This document shows positions 43,066 to 52,495 of a DNA stretch of 64,000 bases, one piece after another. The DNA comes from Candidatus Marinacidobacterales bacterium (GTDB taxonomy: Bacteria; Acidobacteriota; Vicinamibacteria; Marinacidobacterales; SMYC01), in the NCBI GenBank assembly GCA_965224085.1, contig CBDCYI010000004.1, forward strand, positions 1,824,001 through 1,888,000. Direction: 5' to 3'. The translations under genes and the position numbers were made by a program. Below the pieces are notes generated by a model. That model searched no databases and was not told the origin of the DNA. It saw only the letters and a list, made by a program, of their open reading frames with translations. The stretch's first letter is position 1. Each line of letters begins with the position of its first letter.

Positions 43066-43425
43066 CTATTCGATGAAGAGCTCGACCTCACCGCCTTCTT
43101 TTAGCGACGCGATCGTTTGGTCGATGCCGGCCTGAATCGCCTGCTGCTTCAAATGTTGCTCGATCCGCGGCTGAACGTCTTCGAAAGACATCAGCTGTCC
43201 TTCGATCTTCTCCGACAGCTTGATGATGTGGTAGCCGAACCGTGTCTCGATGACGGAGCTCAGCCCGCCAGGTTCGAGCGCGAAGGCGGCTTGCTCGAAG
43301 GGCGGCACGGTTTGACCCCGCGTCACGGTGAGCTCGCCGCCGTTTTGTGCCGAGCCTGGATCTTCAGAATGCTCCCGCGCGAGCACCGCGAAATCAGCTC
43401 CGGATTTTACTTCTTCCAAGACGCT
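43066..43425 (-). pseudogene. Parvulin/PpiC peptidyl-prolyl isomerase, C-terminal part
   Basis: GADFAVLAREHSEDPGSAQNGGEL..PFEQAAF..ETRFGYHIIK. Confidence 0.88.
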
Positions 43426-43641
43426 TTCGATAGCCGTGAGCACGGACAGGTAGCCGTTTCTATCCTGAAGGCCAACCGTCGGAGCCAGATTGAGCAAGAT
43501 TTTGGTCTCGAGGTATGCGTTTAGAATTCATCCGGACGGATCGCGAGAGACAAAAAGTTCGACGCGGTGCCTGTAGGTGGGCATCGAAGCCTGTTGACGA
43601 GGTTCAAGACACACAAAGAGCGTGTCCCTAACGGTTAGGCG

Positions 43642-43790
43642 TCAATGGAGGTTGAGCGTCGGGTTGGGAGGAGCTCTTTGTCGCGAGGGGTTGTTGTTCT
43701 GGTGCGCCAGAATGCGACGGATGGAGGCGGGCCCGTGACGAAAGCGACGATTTTCATCTGGGCGCCGCATCGGCAGGTCAAAGGGTCGAC
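43642..43790 (-). pseudogene. IS91-family transposase C-terminal remnant
   Basis: VDPLTCRCGAQMKIVAFVT then IRRILAH..RQRAPP-like tail. Confidence 0.65.
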
Positions 43791-43964
43791 GTTATTTCCT
43801 TATTACTCCTGTGGAAAACTCATCCACAGGATCTTTTATGGGAAGACCATACCAGGAGCTCAAGCGTCTCGTCCCTACCGAACAGTGAAGAAATGTTGGC
43901 CGCACGTTGGCTTTTGGAGAGCCTGCGCCGCTAAACGACTGAAACCAAAGGAGCGGCGTTCAGT

Positions 43965-43990
43965 TGGTGCCGGAGGGGGGATAAGAACTC
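43965..43990 (-). other. Degenerate tRNA 3' end (Leu-like), att-site remnant
   Basis: Minus strand GAGTTCTTATCCCCCCTCCGGCACCA: T-arm/acceptor 3' strand with CCA but damaged T-loop and no 5' half. Confidence 0.6.
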
Positions 43991-44279
43991 GCACACTAGC
44001 GTGCTCAGCAGCGGTCCCGTTGGACTCGAACCCGCGTTACGGCGTCCAAAACCACCCTCCGTCTCCAAATCGTCTCCAAAACTGGGGAGGACTCCAGAGG
44101 ACTCCTCCTTGATTTCGCGCGTGGACGAGTTTTGACGAGGGACAGGTGATCACCACGTGGTGAGCACCAACGTCTTTGCCAGGCAGTTTCTTGAGCTCGG
44201 AAGAGTTCGCTTGACCCTCCGATTACCCTGTCGTCGAGCCGCTGCTCCGGTTCGAGCTGCCCGCCGCCCCTTTTCGTTC

Positions 44280-44585
44280 TCAGCTCCGTCGGTCGCTCGA
44301 ACTCAAACACCGCGCGAGAGCGCTGAGTCGGTGGCCGTGCCGTGTGGACTGGGCTCTTTCAGCCGCCGAGAAAAGTTTTCGAGCCAACTCACCGTTGCCT
44401 GTCGCGAGCTGACGCCGGGCTTCTTGTCTCAGTCGGTAAGCGCGAACCGCGAGGACCATCAACGGTTCCAGGTCGGCGCCACAGCGCGAGCATTGTTTAG
44501 CGGCGCGGAAGCGAGCCTTACATACCGGGCAGCGCGGATGAGCGACGGCTCTTGGGCCCGTCATGTTTCGAGAGGGGGAGCTCAA
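44280..44585 (-). CDS. Small double-CxxC zinc-ribbon + TPR-like helix protein
   Basis: RCPVCKARF..QCSRCGADL then helical AYRLRQEARRQL..ARKLFSAAERAQ; overlaps Hsp70 stop. Confidence 0.8.
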   Translation of the reverse strand: MSSPSRNMTGPRAVAHPRCPVCKARFRAAKQCSRCGADLEPLMVLAVRAYRLRQEARRQLATGNGELARKLFSAAERAQSTRHGHRLSALARCLSSSDRRS

Positions 44586-46426
44586 CTGCCTTCGACGAAG
44601 AAAAGGAGCTCGTTCAATTCGTTGGTCGCTTGGGAAAGTGCCTCGGAGTCGCGCTCGGCCATCGCCCGCTCGATGTCTTCGTTCAGGTCGATGGCTTCTT
44701 CTTTGTCCTCGTCATGCATGCGCTCGAGGAGCTTGCGGGAGCGCTCCACCTGGCGGCGTGCCTCATCGGTGGCTCTGACCCAGGTCTCGTCGACGGACGG
44801 GTCGGCGTCTTCGCTGGGGACCGGCACGCCTGAGGGCGCAAGGCTCGACAACTCCGCTTCGGTCGACTCGCTCACCGTGAACAGGTCTCGAGTTGGGCCG
44901 TCTCCGTTCGCCCAAAATGTCTCTAGACGTTCCCGCGCCGCGTCGATCTCCTCATCACTTCTCGCCTCGAGGGCCTCTGTGATGGTGATGTGTTTTCTTT
45001 TGCCCGTCTCTTTCTCGATGGCGCTGACTTCGAGGATTCCGTCCACGTCCAACCGCATCCGACACAGCACCTCATTAGGCTCTTCGGTCTCCGTCAGCCC
45101 TTCGACGGTGAAATTTCCGACCGGGATGTTGTTCAAGGCGTCGGCGTCGTCGCCCTGATAAACGAATATATCGACCGTGGATTGGTACGGCGCGGACGTG
45201 AAGTAGCTCTCGGTGCGGGTGATGGGAAGGGACGTGTTGCGTCGAATGATCGGACGGTAGCAATGGGGGTAGGGAAATCCATCCTTTTCGCCCAGATGAG
45301 AGGGGCCGAAAGAGTAAGGGGACACGTCCACTAGAACTCGCGCGACATCTTCTCCCGCCAGTCTCGAGGCCAGAACCCCGGCGCCAAGGGCCACACACAG
45401 ATCCGGGTGCACTTCTTGTCTGGGGACGATGCCGGTTCGCTCTTCGAGGATGGTCGAGATCAAGGGAATCCGGGTGGAGCCGCCGACGAGGACGACCGCA
45501 TCCAGATCGGCCGTCGTCTTGTCCGCGTCGCTCATGGCGTTTGCGACGCTCTCGAGCGTGGACTCGACGAGGGGCCGTATCAGCTCCTCGTACTCCTCTC
45601 TCGAAACCTCCCGCTCCAAGTGGACCGGCCTGCCCTTTCGAACCACGAGCGCCTCCTCGCGAATCCTCACATAGGGCTCGAAGCTGAGCTCTTTTTTGGC
45701 TTCCTCGGCCGCGCGCCAGAGACGCGAATGGGCGACCGGCTCACTCTGGCACATGTCGATCCCATGCTCTCGCGAGAACTCCTCGTTCAAGCGATCCACG
45801 AGGAGCTCGTCGAAGTCGTCACCGCCGAGGCGGTTGTTCCCGTGAGTCGCGAGAACTTCGGTCACGTCGCCTTCCATGTGAACGATGGAGACGTCGAAGG
45901 TGCCACCACCCAGATCGTAGAGGAGGATCGTCTGGCTGTCCGAGTCACCGTAGCCATAGGCGAGGCTGGCCGCGGTGGGCTCGTTCAATAAGCGAAGGAC
46001 CTCAAGGCCGGCGAGCGCGCCGGCTTCGCGAGTGGCCTGGCGCTGCGCATCCGAGAAATAGGCGGGCACGGTAATGACCGCCCTTTTAGCAGTCTCGCCA
46101 AGCTCGCGATTCGCGTGCTCCGCGAGGGTTCGCAGAAGGATGGCCGAAACCTCCGGTGGCGTGAGCTCACGGTCTCCGAGCCGTACCTTGGCCTCCGAGC
46201 CTATCTTGCGCTTGATGCTCCGAATGGTCCTGTCGGGATAGAGAAGCTGTTGGTTCCTCGCGGCATTCCCGACGAGAAGCTCGCCCGATGGCCCGAGTCC
46301 GACGCAGGAGGGGAGTATCTTCGCGTCCCCCGTCCCGAGGACTCGAACACCGCCATCCACGAAGGCCGCCACCTCCGAGTTGGTCGTGCCCAGGTCGACT
46401 CCCACCGCCATCGCTTTGTCGTTCAA
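44582..46426 (-). CDS. Hsp70-family chaperone (specialised, not housekeeping DnaK)
   Basis: GVDLGTTNS, VITVPAYF, LNEPTAASLAYG, YDLGGGTFDVS, LVGGSTRIP; divergent linker/SBD VLVDVSPYSFG. Confidence 0.95.
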   Translation of the reverse strand: MNDKAMAVGVDLGTTNSEVAAFVDGGVRVLGTGDAKILPSCVGLGPSGELLVGNAARNQQLLYPDRTIRSIKRKIGSEAKVRLGDRELTPPEVSAILLRTLAEHANRELGETAKRAVITVPAYFSDAQRQATREAGALAGLEVLRLLNEPTAASLAYGYGDSDSQTILLYDLGGGTFDVSIVHMEGDVTEVLATHGNNRLGGDDFDELLVDRLNEEFSREHGIDMCQSEPVAHSRLWRAAEEAKKELSFEPYVRIREEALVVRKGRPVHLEREVSREEYEELIRPLVESTLESVANAMSDADKTTADLDAVVLVGGSTRIPLISTILEERTGIVPRQEVHPDLCVALGAGVLASRLAGEDVARVLVDVSPYSFGPSHLGEKDGFPYPHCYRPIIRRNTSLPITRTESYFTSAPYQSTVDIFVYQGDDADALNNIPVGNFTVEGLTETEEPNEVLCRMRLDVDGILEVSAIEKETGKRKHITITEALEARSDEEIDAARERLETFWANGDGPTRDLFTVSESTEAELSSLAPSGVPVPSEDADPSVDETWVRATDEARRQVERSRKLLERMHDEDKEEAIDLNEDIERAMAERDSEALSQATNELNELLFFVEGS

Positions 46427-46428
46427 TG

Positions 46429-47214
46429 CTAGTCATTCCTTTCAGCGTCTGGCCTTTCAGCGTTTGGCTGTCGGGCAACCTTGACTTCGGCGGGACGAAA
46501 CACGCGTCCCTTCCATTCGTATCCGGAGCGGTAAACCTCGAGCACGGCGCCTTCCGGGGACCGGAACGTCTCTTCGATGTCCACGGCGTTCATTCGATTG
46601 GCATCGAAGGTATGTCCCTCACATGGAATCTCACTCACTTCCAGACGCTCGAGGGCTTCGTCGATGCGCTCGACGCTCAAAGCAGTGCCTCTAGCGAGCG
46701 CTTTCGCTCCTTCGATCGAATCGGCGGCCGCGCGGCGCTGACGCTTCACGAGCTTCTTCCACTTGCGCCGTTTGGGGAGTCCATTCGCGGATTTCTTGGC
46801 CAGTCTAGTCTGCGCGCGCTCGGTGTACATGTGCGACGAGGCCAATCCTCGTTGCAGCCGGTCCCGCAAGTCGATCAAGATCTCGACGGTATCTTTGTCG
46901 GCGCGTGAGTCGGGATCGCGCGCTACGGTCCGGACCACGTCTTCGAGTTGTTTGAAGGTGCGCCCCTGAAGCTTGACTTCCTGAGCCAGAGTGGTCATCG
47001 CCGCCCATAGGGAGTAGAGATCGACGGGACGACTCTCGGAATCGGCTTCGATCTCAGCCAGGATCTCCTCGGGAACCCCGGCTGGAAAGGCTTCGTCCAA
47101 CAAGGTCTCGTCCAGCCAAGACTCGAACCGGCGAAGCATGCGGGCGCGGGTCGTTGTGGAATGCACCGCAGTCGATTCCCCGGCGTCTGCGGGATTCTTC
47201 GAATCGCTGGTCAT
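46429..47214 (-). CDS. grpE: GrpE-family nucleotide exchange factor with N-terminal extension
   Basis: GHTFDANRMNAV..VLEVYRSGYEWKGRVFRPAEVKVA. Confidence 0.88.
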   Translation of the reverse strand: MTSDSKNPADAGESTAVHSTTTRARMLRRFESWLDETLLDEAFPAGVPEEILAEIEADSESRPVDLYSLWAAMTTLAQEVKLQGRTFKQLEDVVRTVARDPDSRADKDTVEILIDLRDRLQRGLASSHMYTERAQTRLAKKSANGLPKRRKWKKLVKRQRRAAADSIEGAKALARGTALSVERIDEALERLEVSEIPCEGHTFDANRMNAVDIEETFRSPEGAVLEVYRSGYEWKGRVFRPAEVKVARQPNAERPDAERND

Positions 47215-47540
47215 GGCCTTTCGGGGTCTTCTCCCTGCTTGTTCGGCCCGGGCTTCGTTTGGCGGAGCGCCTCCATCCAGAGCTCGGGGCCCACGAAGTT
47301 TCGAGCCGTCTGGCCCTTGAGTAAGCCAAGAAGGGGCTCCGACGGATCCTCAGAAGTGAACAAAAGCTCCCGTTTGTGTTTCGGATCGCTCAGTGCCTCG
47401 TAGGCATCGCGCACCACCTCGAACATCGTTGGGTCACGATCGGGCGGATGCTCAGCGACCTTTCTGAGATAAGCGGCCCGGATCTCTTCGGGGCCAGCCT
47501 GAATCGAAACACCGAGGACCACATGGGGGGCTTCGGTCAC
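47211..47540 (-). CDS. Small J-domain co-chaperone (HPPD variant)
   Basis: PHVVLGV..EEIRAAYLRKVAEHPPDRDP..FEVVRDAYEALSDP; GTG start likely at 47540. Confidence 0.85.
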   Translation of the reverse strand: MTEAPHVVLGVSIQAGPEEIRAAYLRKVAEHPPDRDPTMFEVVRDAYEALSDPKHKRELLFTSEDPSEPLLGLLKGQTARNFVGPELWMEALRQTKPGPNKQGEDPERP

Positions 47541-47550
47541 GGTCGGATTC

Positions 47551-50331
47551 TCATCGTTTGGAGCGTTTCTTCGGCTTTCTTCGGCGTCTTTTCTTTCGAC
47601 GATTGGTGCCGCGAGCGGGTGGCCTCTCGTCGTCTTCAAAACGGCGTGAGGCACGTTGGAGGCGGTCGAACAGTGCTGGATCCTGCTCCGCAATCAGGTC
47701 GAGCGGAGGCAGGCTCCCGTCCTCCGTGGCGTATTTGAAAACGAGCTCGGCCATGGGTTCCACCATGGCAGGAGGAAAGTCCGGGAACTCGGTCGGGTCG
47801 ATCCCCTTCCAGGGCGCCAGGGACTCCTCGTCGTCCCAGAACGGCTCGTCGAAAATGGGCTCGTCGTCGAAGACGTCTATCGCTCTTTGATCCTGCCTGC
47901 AGGCAGGGCACAGGCAGGGCTCGGCGTCGAGCGGCTCGACGCGCCGGAAACGGGGGTAGCTGAGGGCCCGTCGCTCCGTTTCGAGCACCTCTTCTATCTC
48001 ACCGTTGCTCATGGAGTCGTCGGGCTCGACGACGTTCACCCAGGGGGCGATGCCCTGCCGGCCGAGGTGGACGGCTTCCTTCACGAGATCCATGTTCCGC
48101 TCGCGGCGGGCGAGCTCCGCGGAAGCGGTGAGGCACTGCTCGAATCGCTCGGGCTCCCACCTGGGCAGGCTCCGAGCCCGAAGGAGCAAGAATCTGGCGA
48201 TGTAGGCGTCGGGATGGATCAGGCCGAGTCCGGAGACCGCGTAGCCGAGCTTCTGATTTCCCCGGCGCAACGAAGCTTCCGCGAGCGTGCGCAGCTCCTT
48301 GGGCTCGAGCAAGGCCGCTTGTTCGGGGAGCTCCCGCAGGAGTCGCTTTTCCCAACCCGCCGGAATCTCGATTGCGAAGCCGACGTCTTCACCCAGAACG
48401 CAAGCGCGGGCCACCGCCCTGGCGAGCCGTCCCACCTCGAGGAGCGCGGGCTTCTTCCAACTCATGAGGCTCCGGCTGTCGAGCCCGCAGGCTCGCGCGA
48501 GCGCATCCATGACGATGAAAGCGGTCGGATCGTCCAGCTGGGCGATAACCTGATCGCGGTACCGTGAAGCTTCTGGATCGCCGCCAAGCGAGCTCGAGAG
48601 CGCGCGCAGCGAGGTCACGATGGCGGGCCGGTCACCGGTGCGAGTCTCCGGGAGCTCCCAAAGAGCATCGATGTCCTTGGCAGCCAGTCGAAGCTTCCGA
48701 CTCTTCAAGTGGCGGATAGCGGTGGCGATGAGGAGGCGCAGCCGCCCTCGTTTCACGTCTGGATTGAGCTTGTCTCGGAGCTCTGCCTTTTCCAGATAAC
48801 CGAGCGCCTTCTTGAGAGCGTTTCTTTTTTCGCTCGCCTCCGAGAGGTGGAGCAGAGGCGCGCTGTCCTCTGGAAGCTCCCGATGCCATGCGAAAGCGGC
48901 TTTCTCCGCGGTTTTGAAACCCGGTTGCCCTTTCGCCCAGTCGAGCCAGGCACGGAAGGTCTCCCGATACGGATCGCAACCGGCGGCGCGCTCGAAGAGG
49001 AGAGCGGGGCTGACGAAATAAGGGTCGGGACGTCCGGGCGGCGGAGCAGCCGCGCGTACCTCTTGCGGCTGGTTCACGTAGAAGTCGGCGAAGCCCGTAT
49101 AGCCCTTTGGGAAATGCGCCGCGGCTTGCTCCAGGGTCTGATCGTCCACGCGCTGTAGAAGCTCGAGCATTCTGAGATAGATGGCGGCCTCCTCGGGGCC
49201 TTCACCCTGAATCCATCCCTGCGCGATCGCGTTTCTCCGAAACTCTTCCCAAAGGCAGCCGGCCATGACCCAGTCGGCCTCCTCCTCCATCGCCCGTGCC
49301 ATCATGCGCCAAAACGCGGCGTCGTGGAGCGCCGGTCCGCCGACGGCCGCACTCACGCGGTCCGGCCGTATCTCGTTCAAGAAGCACCGCGCCCATATCC
49401 GCTGCTTCAGCTTCTCGGTGACATCCGGCCGGCTGCGATTGCACCGGCGGAGGGCTTGTCTCACCGCCGTCAGGATTCGGGCTTCGCGCCCCTGAACGAA
49501 AGCGTCGTCCAATTTGACCAGCGCCGCGCGCAACGGCGCGGTGTTCCCACTGATTCGCGAGACGAGCTCGTCGTCGTTGCCCGCCGCCGGAAGCTTTCCG
49601 GAAACGAGATCGTGCAACGTGGGCGCGAGTCGGGCGGGGACGGAAGTCGGGTCGATCGACTGCAGGAGTGTCTCGCACTGGTCGTCCTCGCGTCGATAAA
49701 AATGTGCGATGGCCCTTATGAGTAGCTTCCAATCCGCGAGCGGGCTCCGGCGTGAGAGCTCGGGAAGGGCGAGCGTACCATCCTCCACCGGTCCGCGGGT
49801 GACGGCGGCAAAGGCCTTCGACAACGCCGCGGCGGCGACTCGCAGAGAATGCTCGCTGGGAAGTACGGGACATTCGGCGAGGGCCTCGAGATCGGTGACT
49901 TCCTGCTTCACCGCGTCGTCGATGCGACGCTGGATCGAGGGTGGGATACCCGGGTCCTCGAGCGGGCGGAGAAGGGCCGCGAAGTCGCCGTGGCGCGCGG
50001 CGACGAAGGGTTGGAGCGCCTCGAGCGCGGTGCTGGCAAAGGGGTAGCGCCGGGTCGCCGAATCCATGAGGGCCTTCGCTTCCGCCCCCATTCCGGGAGC
50101 AAAATACCAAAGTCGAGCCGCGTAGGCCGCGGTAATGAGCTCTTCCGATTCCGCTGACGGGGATTGCTGGTGGAGCACCTTCGCCGTCGAGATGGCTTGC
50201 TTGTGCTGTCCCTGCTTGACGAGACGCTGGATCGCGAGAGGCGTCGGCGCCGACGGGGTCTTCCTCTGAGATCGAGCGGCAGGTTCACCGCGGCGATTCT
50301 TCTTGGCTTTCCGGGCCACTCTCAGTGCCAC
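47551..50331 (-). CDS. 926-aa helical/TPR-like hypothetical protein
   Basis: Long uninterrupted Ala/Leu/Arg-rich ORF with TPR-like stretches (ALKKALGYLEKAELRDKLNP), CLCPAC, acidic region, basic termini. Confidence 0.8.
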   Translation of the reverse strand: MALRVARKAKKNRRGEPAARSQRKTPSAPTPLAIQRLVKQGQHKQAISTAKVLHQQSPSAESEELITAAYAARLWYFAPGMGAEAKALMDSATRRYPFASTALEALQPFVAARHGDFAALLRPLEDPGIPPSIQRRIDDAVKQEVTDLEALAECPVLPSEHSLRVAAAALSKAFAAVTRGPVEDGTLALPELSRRSPLADWKLLIRAIAHFYRREDDQCETLLQSIDPTSVPARLAPTLHDLVSGKLPAAGNDDELVSRISGNTAPLRAALVKLDDAFVQGREARILTAVRQALRRCNRSRPDVTEKLKQRIWARCFLNEIRPDRVSAAVGGPALHDAAFWRMMARAMEEEADWVMAGCLWEEFRRNAIAQGWIQGEGPEEAAIYLRMLELLQRVDDQTLEQAAAHFPKGYTGFADFYVNQPQEVRAAAPPPGRPDPYFVSPALLFERAAGCDPYRETFRAWLDWAKGQPGFKTAEKAAFAWHRELPEDSAPLLHLSEASEKRNALKKALGYLEKAELRDKLNPDVKRGRLRLLIATAIRHLKSRKLRLAAKDIDALWELPETRTGDRPAIVTSLRALSSSLGGDPEASRYRDQVIAQLDDPTAFIVMDALARACGLDSRSLMSWKKPALLEVGRLARAVARACVLGEDVGFAIEIPAGWEKRLLRELPEQAALLEPKELRTLAEASLRRGNQKLGYAVSGLGLIHPDAYIARFLLLRARSLPRWEPERFEQCLTASAELARRERNMDLVKEAVHLGRQGIAPWVNVVEPDDSMSNGEIEEVLETERRALSYPRFRRVEPLDAEPCLCPACRQDQRAIDVFDDEPIFDEPFWDDEESLAPWKGIDPTEFPDFPPAMVEPMAELVFKYATEDGSLPPLDLIAEQDPALFDRLQRASRRFEDDERPPARGTNRRKKRRRRKPKKRSKR

Positions 50332-50439
50332 ATGCGGGGTTGGTTGCCCCTCACCTTCCCACGAAAACTACATCCGGAAAATGGAGCACACCTGCTCAGT
50401 TCGTCCGGATAATAGAAGATCCCCAGGAATCCGTCCAGG

Positions 50440-51547
50440 ACAAAAGTCAGCCTTCCGCGCGCACACAAAGATCTCCCTGAGCGTCACGCGCCGGGTGGCG
50501 AGTCCGGCCTGCATCGCCGGAGTCCGGATCTCGCGTCCGAACTTCAGAGCGCCGTGGGGCCTGGCGAACTTGTAGTAACAGCGGACCAGTTCCAGTTGCT
50601 CTTCGAGCTTTTCCTTCGACCGAGCGTGCGAAAGCGTTCGTCGCGCCAGATACGCCAAGCTTTGCCGGATGGTCAGATTCAGGCGCTCGATAAACGAGGT
50701 GTTCAATGTCGACGAATCTTCCGAGTTTTTGAGCGCTTCTTCGAAGCGCCACCTGGCTCCCAGCAGCTCTCTACGTTCGACCTTCACGATACGATCGTTG
50801 CTTCGGGTCTTCAGGACCTGCGCATAGAGCACGGCCGGCCCGAAAACGCGGCGGACTCCGTGACGCTCTTGTCGTAGAAATCGAATCCGTCGGTGACGAT
50901 CAGTGGAAGACCCTGGAAATCCATCCGGTCGGCGACGTCGCGCACAAGGGCGAGTGTATTCCGGTAGCTTCGTCGCCCGACGATTGTCGACGGCCAGAGA
51001 CGAGACCCAACTTCGATCGCCGCGAAAATCCACGTTATCCGGTCCTTGCTGCCGGCGAAGGAGCGAATCTCGTCGGCTTGGAACTCCTCGACGCCGAATC
51101 CACTGATTCGTGCACTGTTGAAACGGCGGCAAGCGTCCGCCGCCTTCTCGAGCCAGCGCGCGACGGTGTTCCAGGCAATCCCCTCGACCCGAGCAACCGC
51201 GGAAATACTGACACCCTCGACTCTGAGAGCGACGACCGTGTCGAAAGTAGCTCTTCGATGCTGGAGACGGTAGTAGGGCGTGCCCTTGGTCGAAGAGAAC
51301 GTCTTTGCGCAACGGACGCACCGGTATCGACGCCGTTTTCCGGATCTCGTTGTGTAGAAACCGTGGCGGACGATGTTCCCGGAACCGACTTTTCCGTGGA
51401 ATGTACATGCGGGATTGAGACATCTGCGATTCTTCAATTCGGCTTGGCCCTTGTCAGACGAAAGATCTGCGACTCTCGAAATCGGGCTAAAACTCTAGCA
51501 CGCGAGCGGCTAGGAGCAGACGGCCAACACTTGATTGCGGAAGCACC
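50440..51547 (-). mobile_element. IS1-family element, transposase frameshifted ~50865
   Basis: CLNPAC..RYRCVRC zinc finger, HTH, FQADEIRSF, IVTDGF, NTSFIERLNLTIRQ, TPAMQAGL; putative left end GGTGCTTCCGCAATCAAGTGTTG at 51547. Confidence 0.85.
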
Positions 51548-51549
51548 GG

Positions 51550-51750
51550 AAAAGGGTGCCGTCGCCTCCAGCGACAATGTTCTCGATGCGGCCGTTCGCA
51601 AGGCGCCAATCCTGCATCGGGTTGGCCCAGTATTCTGGCCCGATCCAAACGCGCTCGGCTTCATCCGTCCACCCGCTCTCAAACCCCGAATCCGTTTCCC
51701 GTGAACAGGCGGCCGCCCACAGGAGGAGCGACAAGCGAATCCATCTTGGA
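51550..51750 (-). pseudogene. N-terminal fragment of a secreted PhoD-like protein
   Basis: Lipoprotein-like leader then RVWIGPEYWANPMQDWRLANGRIE; cut at the IS end. Confidence 0.5.
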
Positions 51751-51951
51751 GGGCCGACTTGCTTCCAATAATTATTCACGCAGGCGTTCTCACGAAGCGC
51801 CGAGAGTCTATTCCGCATCGCGCCGGTTTACCAGCTGCGTTTCCGATGTGGTCGATCGGGAGTAAATTAGGGAACCGTGCCGAATGACGGCCGGTGCAAC
51901 TTCACTGATTTTAGTAGCTCTCGTTACTCACATCATGATAGGCTCACTCTC

Positions 51952-52473
51952 GTGAGCGCTCAACCGAAGCGGGATCTCCTCGCGGAGCTTTCGCTCTCGT
52001 CCGCGCGCTGGACCCGCATCTGGGGCGTACCGGAGCTCGAGCACCGCAGCTCCATCGAGTGGAGCCCGCGGATGACCCGCAGTCTTGGCGTTTGCTATCC
52101 GCGTAGAGGTAGGGTCCGTCTCGCCGCATATCTCCAGACGGCGGAGCGGCGGCTCGTCGAAGAAGTGCTATGCCACGAGATGGCGCACCTCGCCGCGCGC
52201 GAGCTACACGGAGACAGAATCCGTCCTCACGGCCGCGAGTGGAAACGCTTGATGGAAGCCGTCGGCTACGTCCCCCGAACGCGACTTGCTGTGCCGGCCG
52301 GTCTGCGGCCAACCCCCAAGCAAAGGAAACGGCGCAGCTTTGGGCTCTACATCCATCTCTGTCCGGTGTGTCAGCGCATACGCGTCACGCGCCAACCGAT
52401 AAAGCGGTGGCGCTGCTGCGCCTGCGTCCATGCCGGCCGCGACGGCGTTCTCACGCTTACTCGAAGACTATGA
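51952..52473 (+). CDS. SprT-family zinc metalloprotease
   Basis: RMTRSLG, VLCHEMAH (HExxH), PHGREWKRLM, C-terminal CPVC..CCAC. Confidence 0.9.
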   Translation: MSAQPKRDLLAELSLSSARWTRIWGVPELEHRSSIEWSPRMTRSLGVCYPRRGRVRLAAYLQTAERRLVEEVLCHEMAHLAARELHGDRIRPHGREWKRLMEAVGYVPRTRLAVPAGLRPTPKQRKRRSFGLYIHLCPVCQRIRVTRQPIKRWRCCACVHAGRDGVLTLTRRL

Positions 52474-52495
52474 GCAGCGGCCAGCTTTAGGCCCT

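Noticed and set aside
43626-43641. attC-like CCCTAAC-g-GTTAGGC
   Set aside because: Core and inverse core are adjacent with no L boxes, no cassette array or integron integrase
43965-44045. Functional tRNA genes
   Set aside because: Only degenerate 3' fragments; no D-arm or anticodon arm
50855-50875. Programmed IS1 frameshift
   Set aside because: Shift lies inside the DDE domain with no A6C-type slippery site; looks like a small insertion
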